A stretch of DNA of 64,000 nt from Azolla caroliniana (taxonomy: Eukaryota; Plantae; Polypodiophyta). The notes under the pieces are model-generated. The model did no database searches. It was not told where the DNA came from and saw only the letters and a list, made by a program, of their open reading frames with translations. A program made the position numbers and the translations under genes. The DNA lies in assembly GCA_043228905.1 (NCBI GenBank), contig JBHGNT010000009.1, positions 4,030,001 through 4,094,000 of the forward strand. Reading direction: 5' to 3'. Below are positions 63,630-64,000 of the stretch, piece by piece. Each line of letters starts with the position of its first letter. Positions within the stretch are counted from its first letter, which is position 1.

Positions 63630-63795
63630 CCGGTTCGCCGGATGTCGCCGCCGGATGCCGGATGCCGATGCCGCCGCCGGATACCGGTGCTGCCGTCGGA
63701 TGCCAACGCCGCCACCGGATGCCAACGCCGGATACCGGTGCCGCATGCCGCCGCCGGATTGCCGTCGGATCACCGGCTCCATCGCCGGTCCGGTT
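63630..63795. repeat. GC-rich degenerate repeat (gccgccggatgcc-like), dense in CCGG
   Basis: Directly visible. Confidence 0.75.
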
Positions 63796-64000
63796 TTGGT
63801 TGGCCAAAACCCTTTTCGAGTAGCTAGCCACCTCCACTCTAAGTTCAAGTTACCTTGAACTCTCTATGCTCCACACATAGACACAAAGATAATATCTTTT
63901 GCTCCACCTTATATATGATGAGAGCCGTATTTGTCGTGCCTATGTGGGATATCTCACAATTTTCTCTTTTCTTTTCACAAACTTTATACCCTCATATCTT

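Overview
AT-rich eukaryotic nuclear DNA from a land plant, probably a fern (inferred from the PPR E-domain style and the TE spectrum). It holds two apparently intact spliced host genes: an EPFL4/5/6-like secreted cysteine-rich peptide gene (+, about 8.7-9.6 kb, 3 exons) and an 11-exon LRR/EDR1-like/Ser-Thr kinase gene (-, 19159-28065, 1217 aa as spliced by hand). There are also two decayed PPR pseudogenes. Most of the rest is stacked transposable elements: LINE remnants, two full-length Copia elements with matching TSDs, an internally deleted Copia, a pol-less gag plus coiled-coil LTR element, decayed chromovirus-type Gypsy fragments, a solo LTR and MITEs. A young non-chromovirus Gypsy (56332-63629) has a tRNA-Trp PBS, a 4-bp CCGG TSD and a well-formed candidate -1 frameshift signal (slippery site plus pseudoknot) between protease and RT. 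All calls were made by eye. No database search was run, so novelty is unconfirmed.
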